DNA of 64,000 bases, taken from contig SMSO01000006.1 of the NCBI GenBank assembly GCA_004764695.1, forward strand, positions 573,859 through 637,858. Direction: 5' to 3'. Below, piece after piece: positions 9,680 through 21,320 of the stretch. Positions within the stretch are counted from its first letter, which is position 1; each line of letters starts with the position of its first letter. A program made the position numbers and the translations under genes. A model generated the notes under the pieces. It did not search any database, was not told the DNA's origin, and worked only from the letters and a program-made list of their open reading frames with translations. Origin of the DNA: Schizochytrium sp. TIO01 (Eukaryota; Protista; Bigyra: Labyrinthulomycetes).

Positions 9680-12186
9680 ACACCAATTCGTCTTGTTCCT
9701 GGGTTCTTTATCTGTTCAATCCCTTATGTTAGACGGTCCATCTTTCTTTCTATGTGTTTTCTCATAGATTGAGAGGACAGTCGCCCTATTCCTGTATCTT
9801 TGATGGGTCCAAGAGGCTATATATGTTTAGAAAAATTGATACAGCTTTTTCTTTTCCTTTTTAATTTCCACAACTTTGAACAAGACTATTACGCGTGGCT
9901 TGTAGACACGTGGGCAGCTAGCTGCTTATAATGCAGACGATCATTCTTTAAATGTATTTTCAGCGCAATAGAAAATCTCCTAAAATAAAAATCGCTAAGG
10001 TTGTATGTTGCTTTATATTATTATACTGACTGTTTTCAAGAAAAGAATAAATTGCCCGAGCAACCTGCTAGAAGCACATGATAAATTCACGCCATTATTT
10101 GTCTCTACAAAACAAAAGTAAGCTCACCTGCAATGATCGTTTCTTTACATTTGCTTCAGTGACCTCGACAAGTGTTTCAGTGCCTTCAGTCCCAGTTTGG
10201 AGTGCGTCCCACTCTTTACTCAACTAGTAGACCTTGTGATATCCACAACACTATCACCAAACTATTGAAAGCTTGATTTCTAGACCCTATAAATGTTGTT
10301 GCCAGAGAATAACATCTATTTGGGGTGTTTCGTCTATCACAAGATAAACAAGAAGGACCAGAGCCGAAAAGCACCTTCTTTCCCTAGCAGGATGAAGACG
10401 TACTTCTGATGAGTTCTGTGTCAAGCTTGTGCGTAAACAGCAATTCTAGGCTTTTGATGTCATAGCATCGACGGGGATGGCTTTCTCTCGAAGCGGCCTC
10501 CCAGAAACACAAAGTACTCAAGCTCTGCGGTATATCCATGCTCGTTCCGCCCGTGGGTGGGTCCTGAGATCGCCATGGGTGGCATGGGTCCCATCAACGG
10601 TGTCTGCATCGCCGGTGCTTGGGGTCCACCGAAGCCCTGCATACCCACAGGAGACACGGGAGCATGAGGAAGAGAAATCATCCGTGGATTGCCCGGCCTC
10701 GGGCCGCAGGCAGGGTTCAATGTTGTGCACGTCGGCATCATCTCCGCAGAATTACAACGATGCGGAATTGCTCATCCTCTCAACACGAAGCGTTTCGTTT
10801 ATAGCGGTTTAAAAATCCTCCCTTGAGTTGACATCACATTACCACTGCTCTGATAACTTTTCAACTTGTTACTTTCTTCTGACTAGAGCCTTCTTAGTAC
10901 CTACCTATGTATCTTGAATCGATTATGATAGCGCATGAAAATCGAGAAGAGCTGATCCGATGTTGCTTTCTTCGTCAGCAAGCATACGATCGAATCAGTG
11001 ACTGGTTTTGGGGTCTTGCAGGATGGTTTTGATTGTCTCTCCAGTGTGATCTTTGCCCCTGTTGGCTGCTAAAGACCAGTTTCTGAGAAATTTTTACAGA
11101 CGCAGAAGTTTTGCTTTTCGTGGATTCTTTGCCGTTCCTTTTAATTCAGGCATTGATAAGCCAGGATTAGGCCTCCTGCAGAAGACAAGTTGGTGAGTAT
11201 GCGCCCTCAGGGAGACCTCGGGGGCTCTTTCGAAAGGCGGGGTGCGTGGTTTTGCTCATCTCGAGCATAGCCCGTCATCTGTGGAATGCAATGCAAATTG
11301 CGTTTGAGGTGAGTGTAGTTGACCATTCTGAGCCTATGAAATCCTAGCTAGCTGAACGATCCATGCTTAAGGGCGGACCAGGAACTCCAAGGCGCCGACG
11401 GAGAGGACTTAGCGGCCCTACAAAGTGGATCAGCCTAGATCCAACAGGTCTGCTGCAAATCGTCTTCTCAAGGTCCCATCGCCATTTCTACAACGGTGCT
11501 TCTACAGGGTATTATTAAGTATGTGCTGACTTGCGTCTCTACCAATATCAATCAAAGGCTTCGTGGCAGCTTGTTGGAGCAGACACCTCAGACGAATGGG
11601 AGCGGTGGTGCTGGAATAAAGTCGGCTTGCATCATCGTTTTGGAACAGGGGTTGGCGTATTCGCCTCGCAGCTTGAAGCGTGGATCTAAGTACATCTATT
11701 GGATCACACTTCCTTCGAACAACTTGAAGCCCCAAGATAAATGAATGCAGACGAAAGGTAGGAAATTGGCCCGGGAATTCTGGGGACCCATCATGATTAG
11801 CACAGATACAAACTTCGAGTAGCACGTCCGAGATAGTAGTAGAGCTCCTGTGGTGTTGATGATTGTGGTAAAGTCGGATTGTTCAGTTATTTACAAATCA
11901 GATCTGATTCTTCTCGCGTGCAAAATCCGAACCCGAAAAGTCACGCATGCTCAAACTTTTGACTTCCGTCCATGCGCATCATGATGATGACCCATAAGTA
12001 CTTGGAGATAGAGTGAGCAACGTGTTTGAGGTGGGGAAGGAAAGAAGAAAGCGAGCGTTCCCAATGAGATGATGGAGGATATATATCCGTGTTTAGAAAA
12101 AAAGAAGAAGAAGAAGAAGAAGAAAAAAAAAAAAAAGAGAAATGGTTGTGATGTTGGGGGGTTGTAGTAGTAGGTATGCATGTAAT

Positions 12187-15100
12187 TTATTTGGGGGATG
12201 AAGCCTGGAGAGATTTGCGCTTGGAGGCGAGCTTGAGGATAGCGTTACTCTTGGCCTTTTCTTTAGCACGCATTGAAACAGTGCGTGCGGCCTGCTTCTC
12301 AAGGGCAATTGAGTGAGGATCAATATAGTCCCAGTTGTCAAAGTATCGCTCAAGCTTGGGGTCGAGCTTCTTGCCCTCGGTCAACACAGGGATGTCATAG
12401 TCCGGGTTCTTGTTTTTGCGCTTGGCAAACCGCCGTGCCTCCTTTTTGGCGTTCTTCTTCCAGTCCTTGACAAGGGCGTCAAAGTTAGGGTACTTACGCT
12501 TTTCTTCGAGCGTCTTCTGGTCCGGCACGTAGGCCGGCTTGTATTCCTTGTGCAGCACCTTGTCCCAATCGCACTCTGTAGCAAGAGGGCCACCGAGAGG
12601 AATGAAAAACGGGTGAGATTTAAGGCTAGCGAGGTCCCGGTTTTGCTCCGGAGGACCAACGCCAAGCCGGGTTGTCTGGTCAAGGTCAAGAAGTCCAACA
12701 AGGAGCGAACGGGTGTGTTCGTCAAGATGCTCCGGGATCCGGAGTTTCCTTCGCAAAAGTTTAAGCTCCTGTTCATCTGTCTCGATCTCCACATAACCCG
12801 AATCAGTGATCTTGTCCTGAGCGGGCTCAAAGGGGAGACGACCCACAAGGCATTCATAGGTGAGCACGCCCATCATGAACCAATCGACGCCCTCACCATA
12901 GTGTTCGTGGCGAATCATTTCTGGTGGCCTGTACAACGGTGTGCCGCAGTCCGTGTCGTGCGATTTGATGGTTTTCAGGCGTCGATAAGTGCCCGGGTGG
13001 TTCGTAACCTCGGTGGTTGTTGAGCCTTGACGTGAGGGCGCAGATGAGGTGGTGTTGGCATCTGAGTCACCATCTCCCTCGCCCTCAGGGGTTCCCGAGC
13101 CAGTGCCGTTGGCCATGCCTTCAGCATTGAGGGCATTGGAGCTAGCACTCGGGCCGATGTTGGCGGCTACATCGTCAGCAGACACTGGAGTGGTCGCTTC
13201 GTCGGGTGTAACAGTCTCAATCATCTTGTTACTACCATTTTCCTTCGGGGTCACGTCGTTACTCGGTGTCTCCGATGCCACGACCTTGGTATCTGCAACC
13301 TCGTCAGACTTGGCCTCGTCAGAGCTATTGCTCTCCTCAGTTGCTTCCGGGGGGACCTCAGCCTTGGTATCCTCAGGGTTGGTGGTGGTGGTAGCATCGG
13401 CATTGATATTGTCAGCAGCGGCTGCTTTGGCCTCCGGTTCTGCGTTGTTGTTGTTATTGGTGGTGGTGGTAGAAGTAGTAATAGTGGTATTCTTTTTGTT
13501 TGCATCCTCGGCTTCGTTTTGTTCGCCATCAGATGGCTCTTCGTCTCCCTCGGCAAGTTCAGTGTACTTGTCTTGGTAATAGAATCCAGCGAGACCCATA
13601 TCGGCCAACATGATATGTCCATCGTTCTTGAGAAGAACGTTTTCGGGCTTGAGGTCGCGGTAGAGAATTTCGTGCTCATGCAATGCTTCGAGAGCCAGAA
13701 CAATTTCTGCAATGTAGAGACGTACCTGGGGAGGTTCGAGCTGCCAACCTGGGACATCTTCGAGCAGGTTACGGAGAGAACCCTGTTCAGCAAGATCGAG
13801 ACACAAAAACGCATACTTCTCGTTCTGGAATGCGTAACGAAGCGACACAATAAAAGGAAAGGAACGGTGGGCTACCAAAACGTCACGCTCAATCTCAACA
13901 TGTTGCATTTTGCCTCCCCAGGTTTCCATAAGAGTATCCTTGGCTTGAACCTTCATGGCGAGATGGGCACCAGTGGATCTCTTCTTGACATGAACAACAT
14001 GACCGAAGCCACCCTTGCCGAGAAGTTCAATGTATTCAAAGTCCTCAACTTCGACATGGTTGTAACGCACGCGCTTGCTCTTTTTGTAAGTCTCATAATC
14101 ACTGCCAGACTCCTTGAAATGACGGTAGAGAGGTTTCATTTCCTTGAAAATCTCATGTTGGATAGTGATGAACAGCAGCCTGGGTGGAACATCGTCCTGA
14201 GAAGCAGCAGAATCTTTGCGAATACCACAAGTGTTCATGGCGTGCGCACTAATGAGCGAGTTAGAAGACTCACGCGTAGGCACATAGATAGACTCTTCAT
14301 TTTCCTTAATCACAGTGTTTTCAGCGTTGACACCATCAACCGTGGGGATCGCTGACATGGGCGGGATGCTGTTCTGCACGGCATTTTCAATTATGCTTGA
14401 GGAGGAGGCATGGGAGCGCAACTTGTGGGATCTTGAAGCCTCAAGAGCAGCAGGGCTAAGATCAACAAAGGAGTTGAGGCCGATAGATGAGGAGCGGTTC
14501 CGGCGGCGTGGTGGTGACTTACTCCGGTCGCTTTCTGGTTCAGCTCCATCAAACCTTTTCATAGCTTCGTAAATAGCCTGCTCCACAACGGGACGCATTT
14601 GCACGATGAGAGCAATAACTCGAGGGGGGAAATCCCAGCATATTCGGGGCACCATCAACTTTTCGCACTCAAGCAAATGTTTGCGAACTTCCTCAGAAAT
14701 ATTAGGATCATCAGAGGTTAAGTTGGCATTTGAGGGACTCCAAGTAGAACGACCACCATTTTCTGATCCGTCCTCATCGATTCCCTCCTCACTTTCGAGA
14801 TCATCGTCTTCCAGGTTGCTCGGGCGCTCAATGTATCGTCGGCGGTAATCGTCGGCCTGCTGTTTTGCGGAGTGGGAAATCATAAAGTAGTGGCGATAGA
14901 TGTTCTTTGCACTCATATACCTTTCGGGGTCACTTGTGTAATGTTCAGGATCAACGTTTTTCAAGTGATTGTACTGATGCAGAAGAAGCCATAGGCGAAC
15001 AAGATCCATTTGCTCAGGAAAGTAATGCTCCACATGCGCCATAAAATGCGATCGACCAAGAGGCTCATCGAGCATCATACGAAGCTCAACATATTCGTTG

Positions 15101-15363
15101 TCTTGGAAATAGTCAAACATGGATCCCTCACCACTGAAGTAGCCCTCATCCTCATCATCCTTGACGAATTGGTCGAGGGCTCTCTGAGGCTCCATGCGCC
15201 ATCTGTCTTCATCGCTTTCTTTTGAGTCACGAGAGAAGTTTTTGGATGCAGCTTCCCGGGACTTTTGTTTATCTAGGGGTCTGTTCGTCTTGGTCCCCGG
15301 CGTTGTTGTCTTGGGTTCAAATGTGGTTGTCTTTTGGGCAGCCTTACTTGAAGTGCAGCCCAT
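12187..15363 (-). CDS. G protein-coupled receptor kinase (GRK)-like AGC kinase with RGS-homology domain
   Basis: MGCTSSK acylation motif; RGS-like MMLDEPLGRSHF...LWLLLHQY and LFITIQHEIFKEMKPLYRHFKES directly before the kinase; GKGGFG, AMK, YRDLKPEN, DMGLA (GRKs have DLGLA), CGTPLYRPPE; AGC tail DWDKV..KPAYVP. Start context CGCCACCATG. Confidence 0.9.
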   Translation of the reverse strand: MGCTSSKAAQKTTTFEPKTTTPGTKTNRPLDKQKSREAASKNFSRDSKESDEDRWRMEPQRALDQFVKDDEDEGYFSGEGSMFDYFQDNEYVELRMMLDEPLGRSHFMAHVEHYFPEQMDLVRLWLLLHQYNHLKNVDPEHYTSDPERYMSAKNIYRHYFMISHSAKQQADDYRRRYIERPSNLEDDDLESEEGIDEDGSENGGRSTWSPSNANLTSDDPNISEEVRKHLLECEKLMVPRICWDFPPRVIALIVQMRPVVEQAIYEAMKRFDGAEPESDRSKSPPRRRNRSSSIGLNSFVDLSPAALEASRSHKLRSHASSSSIIENAVQNSIPPMSAIPTVDGVNAENTVIKENEESIYVPTRESSNSLISAHAMNTCGIRKDSAASQDDVPPRLLFITIQHEIFKEMKPLYRHFKESGSDYETYKKSKRVRYNHVEVEDFEYIELLGKGGFGHVVHVKKRSTGAHLAMKVQAKDTLMETWGGKMQHVEIERDVLVAHRSFPFIVSLRYAFQNEKYAFLCLDLAEQGSLRNLLEDVPGWQLEPPQVRLYIAEIVLALEALHEHEILYRDLKPENVLLKNDGHIMLADMGLAGFYYQDKYTELAEGDEEPSDGEQNEAEDANKKNTTITTSTTTTNNNNNAEPEAKAAAADNINADATTTTNPEDTKAEVPPEATEESNSSDEAKSDEVADTKVVASETPSNDVTPKENGSNKMIETVTPDEATTPVSADDVAANIGPSASSNALNAEGMANGTGSGTPEGEGDGDSDANTTSSAPSRQGSTTTEVTNHPGTYRRLKTIKSHDTDCGTPLYRPPEMIRHEHYGEGVDWFMMGVLTYECLVGRLPFEPAQDKITDSGYVEIETDEQELKLLRRKLRIPEHLDEHTRSLLVGLLDLDQTTRLGVGPPEQNRDLASLKSHPFFIPLGGPLATECDWDKVLHKEYKPAYVPDQKTLEEKRKYPNFDALVKDWKKNAKKEARRFAKRKNKNPDYDIPVLTEGKKLDPKLERYFDNWDYIDPHSIALEKQAARTVSMRAKEKAKSNAILKLASKRKSLQASSPK

Positions 15364-16043
15364 GGTGGCGGAAACTTAATTGCAGTACGCACAACTGCTA
15401 AATATCACTTGCACTTGGCAATATCAAAAAGAAAAGGGCTTTCGCTACAAGACAATGAGCGGCACTCTATCTGCAGCTCTTGTCTTTGTAAAAGCCGGAA
15501 TGGAAACAAACAAACAATCAAACAAACAAACACAGCCAACTCAGACAGACAAAGACAAAGAATGAGAGGGAAAAGTAAGAAAGAAAGAAAGAAAGAAAGA
15601 AAAAGCGAAAAAAGGGGGAAGAAGGCGAAGTGCTAGCTAGTAGAAGCGGGGCACGCAGCACACACAGCCGCGAGACTTTCTGTCCTGTACCGATCAAACG
15701 AAACAAACGGCGTAGCAACACAGAGTCCAGACCTCGCCAAGCAGGTCTTCTGTCTTTTTCTCCTTCTCGTTTCTCTTCTATTACACCAACACTGCTGCAA
15801 CACGCAGATGCCTTTTCAGCTCAGCTCAAGTAGGCAATCAGATCACGCTGATCCCCCAAGGCCGACTTGCAAACCACTCTGGGTTCGCCACCAGTCGTAC
15901 CTCCACGCCTCAAGCGCAGGGGCTAGCGTCCAGAGGCTCTCTCCTAGAGCCTCCACGCCGCCTCGAGCTCTGCGAGAGTCCCGCGGCTCTCTCTTTTACT
16001 TTTCTCTGCCGAGCAGCGCCGCTCTATAGTATAAGCAATTAAG

Positions 16044-16048
16044 CAGAC

Positions 16049-16079
<31 letters not shown>

Positions 16080-16856
16080 TAAACAAACAACACTCAACAA
16101 ACAAACAAACAAAGAAACAAAGAACAAGCAAGGCCACTCCTAACTTTCTCTCTACGAGGACCCCTAGTCCTCTCGCTCCTCCTCCTCTTCTTCTTCTTCC
16201 TCTCCACTCCTACTGCTGATACTACTGTTCCCGCTAAGACTCCTTCGCCGACGAGAGATAGAGATCTATCTATAGGAGAGAGACAGATATGAAAGAACGA
16301 ACGAAAGAAAGAAAGAACGAATGAATGAAATCAATCAATCAATCAATGAGACTGAGAGAAGAAATAGAGACGAGAGAAAGGACACTCACTCACTCACTCA
16401 CTCACTCACTCAGTTAGTCACTGCTTCGCTTTAAGCTTCCGGCTTATTTGCTGTCGATGAGTGCTGCGGACCTGGGCGGCTCCAGCGGCCCTGCTCCGTG
16501 AGATCCACGAGTGAACTGACTGACTGACTGACTGACTGACTGATGGGTTGATTGATTGATCGATGGATCGATGGACGGATGGATTGATCGATGATTGATT
16601 GATTGATTGATTGTCGGATTGACTAGAATTCGAATTCGCAATTTGAACTGAGAAGAAAGAATTTCACTTCAACTTTCGATGTTTGAGTGATTCAAATCGA
16701 TCAATGAGATAGGAACAGGAAGAAAGGAACACCTAAGAGTGGTCTAGGCGTATGTAGCGATTCTCGCGCAAAGTTTTCTTTCTCTTCCTCGCTTGCTTTC
16801 TTGCTCTCGCCGTGCAAGGCCTCTCGATCGATCGATCGATTGACTGACTGATTGAT
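16044..16856. repeat. Cluster of tetranucleotide microsatellites (AGAC, AAAC, GAAA, AATC, CACT, GACT, GATT, GATC)
   Basis: Visible short tandem runs upstream of the GRK-like gene. Confidence 0.9.
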
Positions 16857-18314
16857 TCTTCGCTCGCGGCTCCCGGGGTCTCTTCTCGCAGCAGCCGCGA
16901 AGTCCTCGCCGGCGTCTTCAGGGTCCTCCAGTTCCCTGACTTCCTCGCCAGCCGCTAGCTATCTAAAGTGGCGGCCAGAGGGCCTCCGACAGGATCCCGG
17001 GGCAAGGACGATGCCGGGATCTGGGGTGCCCGGAGCAAGAATCAGCGGCACGGCGCTTCTTCGCTAGCTAGACCTTGGCTGCAAGATGCCACTGCCTGAG
17101 ACTGTGTCACCTGGAGCTTGGGTCTATTGCGTTTCCCGCGGGCTGCCGGTCCGCGGTCGCGGCGGCCCGGCGTGCGGCTTTGCTACGCTTTGCTACGTTT
17201 TGTTTGCTCTTGATCGATTAGTGATTCTCTTTTTCTCTTTTCCTCTCTCTCTCCCTCTTTCTTTCTTTCTTTCTTTCTTTCTAGCTTTCTTTAATTCTTA
17301 GTTCTCCAATTACTACATTTCCTCGCCTCTTTGGTGCTGTTATTATTCCTGTCTTCATCGAAATCATCATTTCACATCACTTTACATTAACTTCATTGTT
17401 TGTTTGTTTGTTTGGTCATACTGGAAGCGGTAGGTGGCGCCTAATCCTGATACCGAAAAGATGTTTTGAAGAGCATTCTTACCAACCTACTTTTAGTTTA
17501 GTTGAAAGAACAGAGTTTTTTTATTATTTATTATTTACCTGTTTAAAAGTTAACTTTTTAAAATAACTTTATTAGTAATAATAGTACTAAGTAATCTCCT
17601 TAATGATGCTCCGCTTGGTATTTTTATTTTTATTAATTTTGAAACATATTATCCTGTATCTAAAATGAGTAAACTTTAAGATTTTAAAATCGTGTTCACG
17701 CCTCGAGATACGAGAGCGAGATGAAAAATATTATGGAACAACACGCAGGCCTCGATTACCCACTTGCTTCCTCACCAAGATCATGGACGATATATTCTCG
17801 ATTTCGCCAAACGAAGGCCCTTGATGCCGAGTGCAAGCATATGCATATGTATGCATGAATATACATACACAAGTGTCTATTTTCTACTGAAGGGGAGGCC
17901 CGTGCGATGGCCTCTTGCGTCTTCCTTTTCCATGGGGTACTACGTCTTTTTTCATTCTTTCTTTCTCTTGCCCAGAGCCTCTCTCGTGTGTTTAAGTTGG
18001 ATGAAGGGGCCAACCAAAATCCTAGGAATCAGCTAGCCGATTCTAATCTGAGCGCCCGCTGATGGGCTAAACCAATAGCACTAAAAGTGCGGTGCGTGCT
18101 GATTGTGCCGGTACAATCTGTTCTACTTTGGGTCCCTTTTTGCCCACTTTCCGTGCAAACGGCACAGTACAGTATTCTCCTTTGCAAGTCAAGTATTAGT
18201 AGAAGCTCTTCTGTAAGTGAGTGAGTGACTGAGTGAGTGAGTGACTGAGTCAGTTATCTGGGGTTAGCTACTAGTCAGTTAGTTAGTAACTAAGTAACTA
18301 AGTAAGTTAGATCA

Positions 18315-18360
<46 letters not shown>
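18315..18360. repeat. (TTAG)n microsatellite, about 11 copies
   Basis: Direct reading. Confidence 0.95.
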
Positions 18361-18361
<1 letters not shown>

Positions 18362-18970
18362 GTTAGATAGCTCCTTAGCTAGTTAAATAAGTAGAGTTAG
18401 TTAGTCAGTTGGTCAGTCTGCATGCTTTTGTATATACAAAATCAATTACATGAAGAATTGTCACTAAGAGCAACATATTCGCACTGAAGGCATATCATAT
18501 GCCTAGCTAGATGAGCGAGAGGGTAAGCGATTGAACGGCTACTAGGAGGTCATAGTAAGTAAGTCAGTAGGTCAGTAGGTAACCAACTAACTAACTAACT
18601 TTTAAAAATGATTTCGGTTTCTTCGTCCTTCTCGTTGATATGATTTTTTATTTTATTTATTTTTTTATTTTTTTATTCATCAATTAAATAAAAAATCATT
18701 CTTGAAGTTCTTTCCTTCTTAGCACTTTCTCTTTCAAGAATTCGCTCTGTTTCTCCATATCTTCCTTTCCTCTTCTTCTTTCGGCTTTCAGCTACCACCG
18801 CCTCTGCCCTTTCTCCTACCACCGCTAGAGGCTCTTCCTTGCTTGCCATTTAGCTCGAGGAAGAGAGCTTGGCAGTACTAATAGGCATACAAAGCTCTTA
18901 CCACTCATCCTCCTCTCTATCGTGCACATAATACCATCTTATCGACAGCTCCCTTACTTACTTACTTACT

Positions 18971-18973
<3 letters not shown>

Positions 18974-19029
<56 letters not shown>
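18974..19029. repeat. (AT)n microsatellite
   Basis: About 28 perfect dinucleotide copies. Confidence 0.97.
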
Positions 19030-19037
<8 letters not shown>

Positions 19038-19325
19038 ATTGCGACAGCTAAGCCACTCTTATCTGGATAGACACGGACAGCTAGCTGGCTACATGAAGTG
19101 AAGAAAGATGTCCTTGAAGGATGTAGATACAGCAAGTTGCGATAAGCGGGAGACGCTAAAGCTTGAAGGCAGCCTTTCAGCAGCTGAGAGGCGCTCTGCG
19201 CGAGGTCTGAGACTACAGCAGCGGCCCCTTCCTGTCAGTCAGCGGCCCATGTATGTGGTCTCGAGAGGGGAAAAGCTTCAAGTCATTGAGCAAGCAAGCT
19301 TTGTTATTTTCACTCCTTCTTTTTC

Positions 19326-19356
<31 letters not shown>

Positions 19357-20604
19357 CTTCTCTTTTTAAAGAGCTCAGCTACTGAAAGAAAGAGTTTTCA
19401 ATTTGTTTTCAATTTGCCGTGGAGAGCTTACTCTAGAGCAGCCGACGGACTATAGAGGTTGCCTAGGTACCCACCACTACCTGCTTATAATTTTAGGTGA
19501 TTTTGATGACTGCTTCTAAGGCACGCCCTCGATAAGCTTTCTCCTTCGAATCCGCAGAAGCAAGTGACCACGCAAACTACAATATTTAATTTTTAAAATA
19601 GAACAAAGATAATAATATAGTTTCGATCATCAATAAACATTTTAATTTATTCTAATTATTTTTTGCTAAAGCCACACAGAACCACTTTTAACATAATAAT
19701 AATAATAATAAGAAGAAGAAGCAGTATCTACAAATATAGCGCCACGCAACACATCCCCGCAACAACAGTTTGACAAGGCGAAGACAGCTTTGGCTTAGGC
19801 TTAGGCTTAGGCTTTGAGTTGCTATTGATCGTGAAGAAGGACGTGTCGTAGCGACAGGAAAGCATGAAGGCAGGGAGTTAGCTCTGCTATTGGGCAACAT
19901 TCTGACTTCTGACCCCGAGTGAGACTTTCTTTCTTTCCATCCCGAGTTGTTACGAAGGTGCTTTGCTTTGAAAAGAAAAAGCAAAAGAAAAAGAAAAAAG
20001 AAAAAAAAAGAAAAAAAAGAGGGAAATACAACATAAAACAAAAACAAAGATGGAAGACTTGGTACTAGCGGAGCAAAAGCAGGAGATCAAGCACCCAACA
20101 GAAGATGATGCGCGAGACCTGCCGTCAATCTAATCTAAATGCGCCACCATGAAAGCGGCAAACGGCCACGCAACTCTGCCAAAGCCTGCAGGCTGGCCTC
20201 CTGCCGCTTCAGCCGGTCAGTCAGTCAGCCAGACGGCCAGCTTGTTCATTTTGGGTTGGTTATTGGAGTTTTCTGCTCCTCCTCCCTTCAGAAGGAAGAG
20301 TTTCAATGAAGAGTCCCGAAAGGTTGTAATGTTTAATTGCAAACCAAATTCTTTTTCTGTCTCTTTCAATCCACGATCCGGGCCTTTCCAAAGAATACAG
20401 ACACATCAGCAACGAATGATAAGATTTAGCGATCCCGACGATGCTGCAAACTCAGGTAGTTCTCCTCGCGCAGCACCTTCGAACTTGAGGCCAGACCTGG
20501 TGCTCGCAGAGGCCCTGCAGATCCCACGGGCAAGTGGCCCAAGCGCTGCCCTGAGCAAGCGGAGCAGGCAGCACGTATCCTGGGAAAGATTCAGGTTTAC
20601 TTAC

Positions 20605-21320
20605 CTTGAAGAACTTGAGATCCACCTCCATGATGGAATTCAATTGATCGAAGGCCGCTCTTGACATCTCAAGCGAGTCAAGGCTTGGCCAGGACACCGC
20701 CGCCATGACGAGAATGAATTCTGGCGGCCACCTCCCTCCATCGTTCAAGATCTGCGCGCCTTCCCGTACTGCTGATTAACTCCTCTCCGCACAGACGAAT
20801 GGACAAACAAACCACGAGCAATCGAAGAAACAGTTCTGCGAGCAGGAGCGTACGTACCCATCTGCGATCCGCAGGCTGTCAATCTTGAGCACGCACGCAC
20901 GCACGCACGAGCGAGCGAGCGAACGAACGAGCGCACATACAAACATACACACACACACACACACAAGCAGGTACTGCGATTGCAGGTTGCGGTGCGACGG
21001 AGAGCGAGCGAGCTTTGAGGCGGCCAGCTCCTGCTGTGCGCAGAACTCCTTCTTCTCCGCGGTGAGGGTGGACCCAAGCAAGGTCTCGTGAACGTCTGTC
21101 TCTTCAGGAGAACCCAGCCAGTTCCTGGTAAACATCACTGGCAACGCCTTCAAGATCTTGGCCAGCAAGCGTCGAGCCACCGGCCAGGGGTCAGGGCGCG
21201 GGTTGAGAGTGGCCGCTCGCGCCGCTTGCGAAGCCTTTCCATCGCGTTGGTGTCTCCTTGCACCACGTGCGTTGTCTCCGAGCAGGTGGCAGCACTCCAG
21301 CTAGAGTCGCATCTTGACCG
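20605..21320 (-). pseudogene. Possible eroded spliced gene of unknown family
   Basis: GC-rich protein-like segments; candidate intron 20769-20857 (GTACGT...TTAATCAGCAG); strong donor AAG|GTAAGT at 20604. Has an in-frame TAG, an apparent frameshift and a microsatellite insertion. Confidence 0.3.

Noticed and set aside
12313-14355. Long plus-strand ORFs (236, 176 and 278 aa)
   Set aside because: Antisense shadows of the codon-biased kinase gene, with no motifs.
16740-16767. TGGTCTAGGCGTATG...ATTCTCGC resembling the 5' half of tRNA-Pro
   Set aside because: Interrupted by extra bases; no anticodon arm, T-arm (GTTCRA) or acceptor stem.
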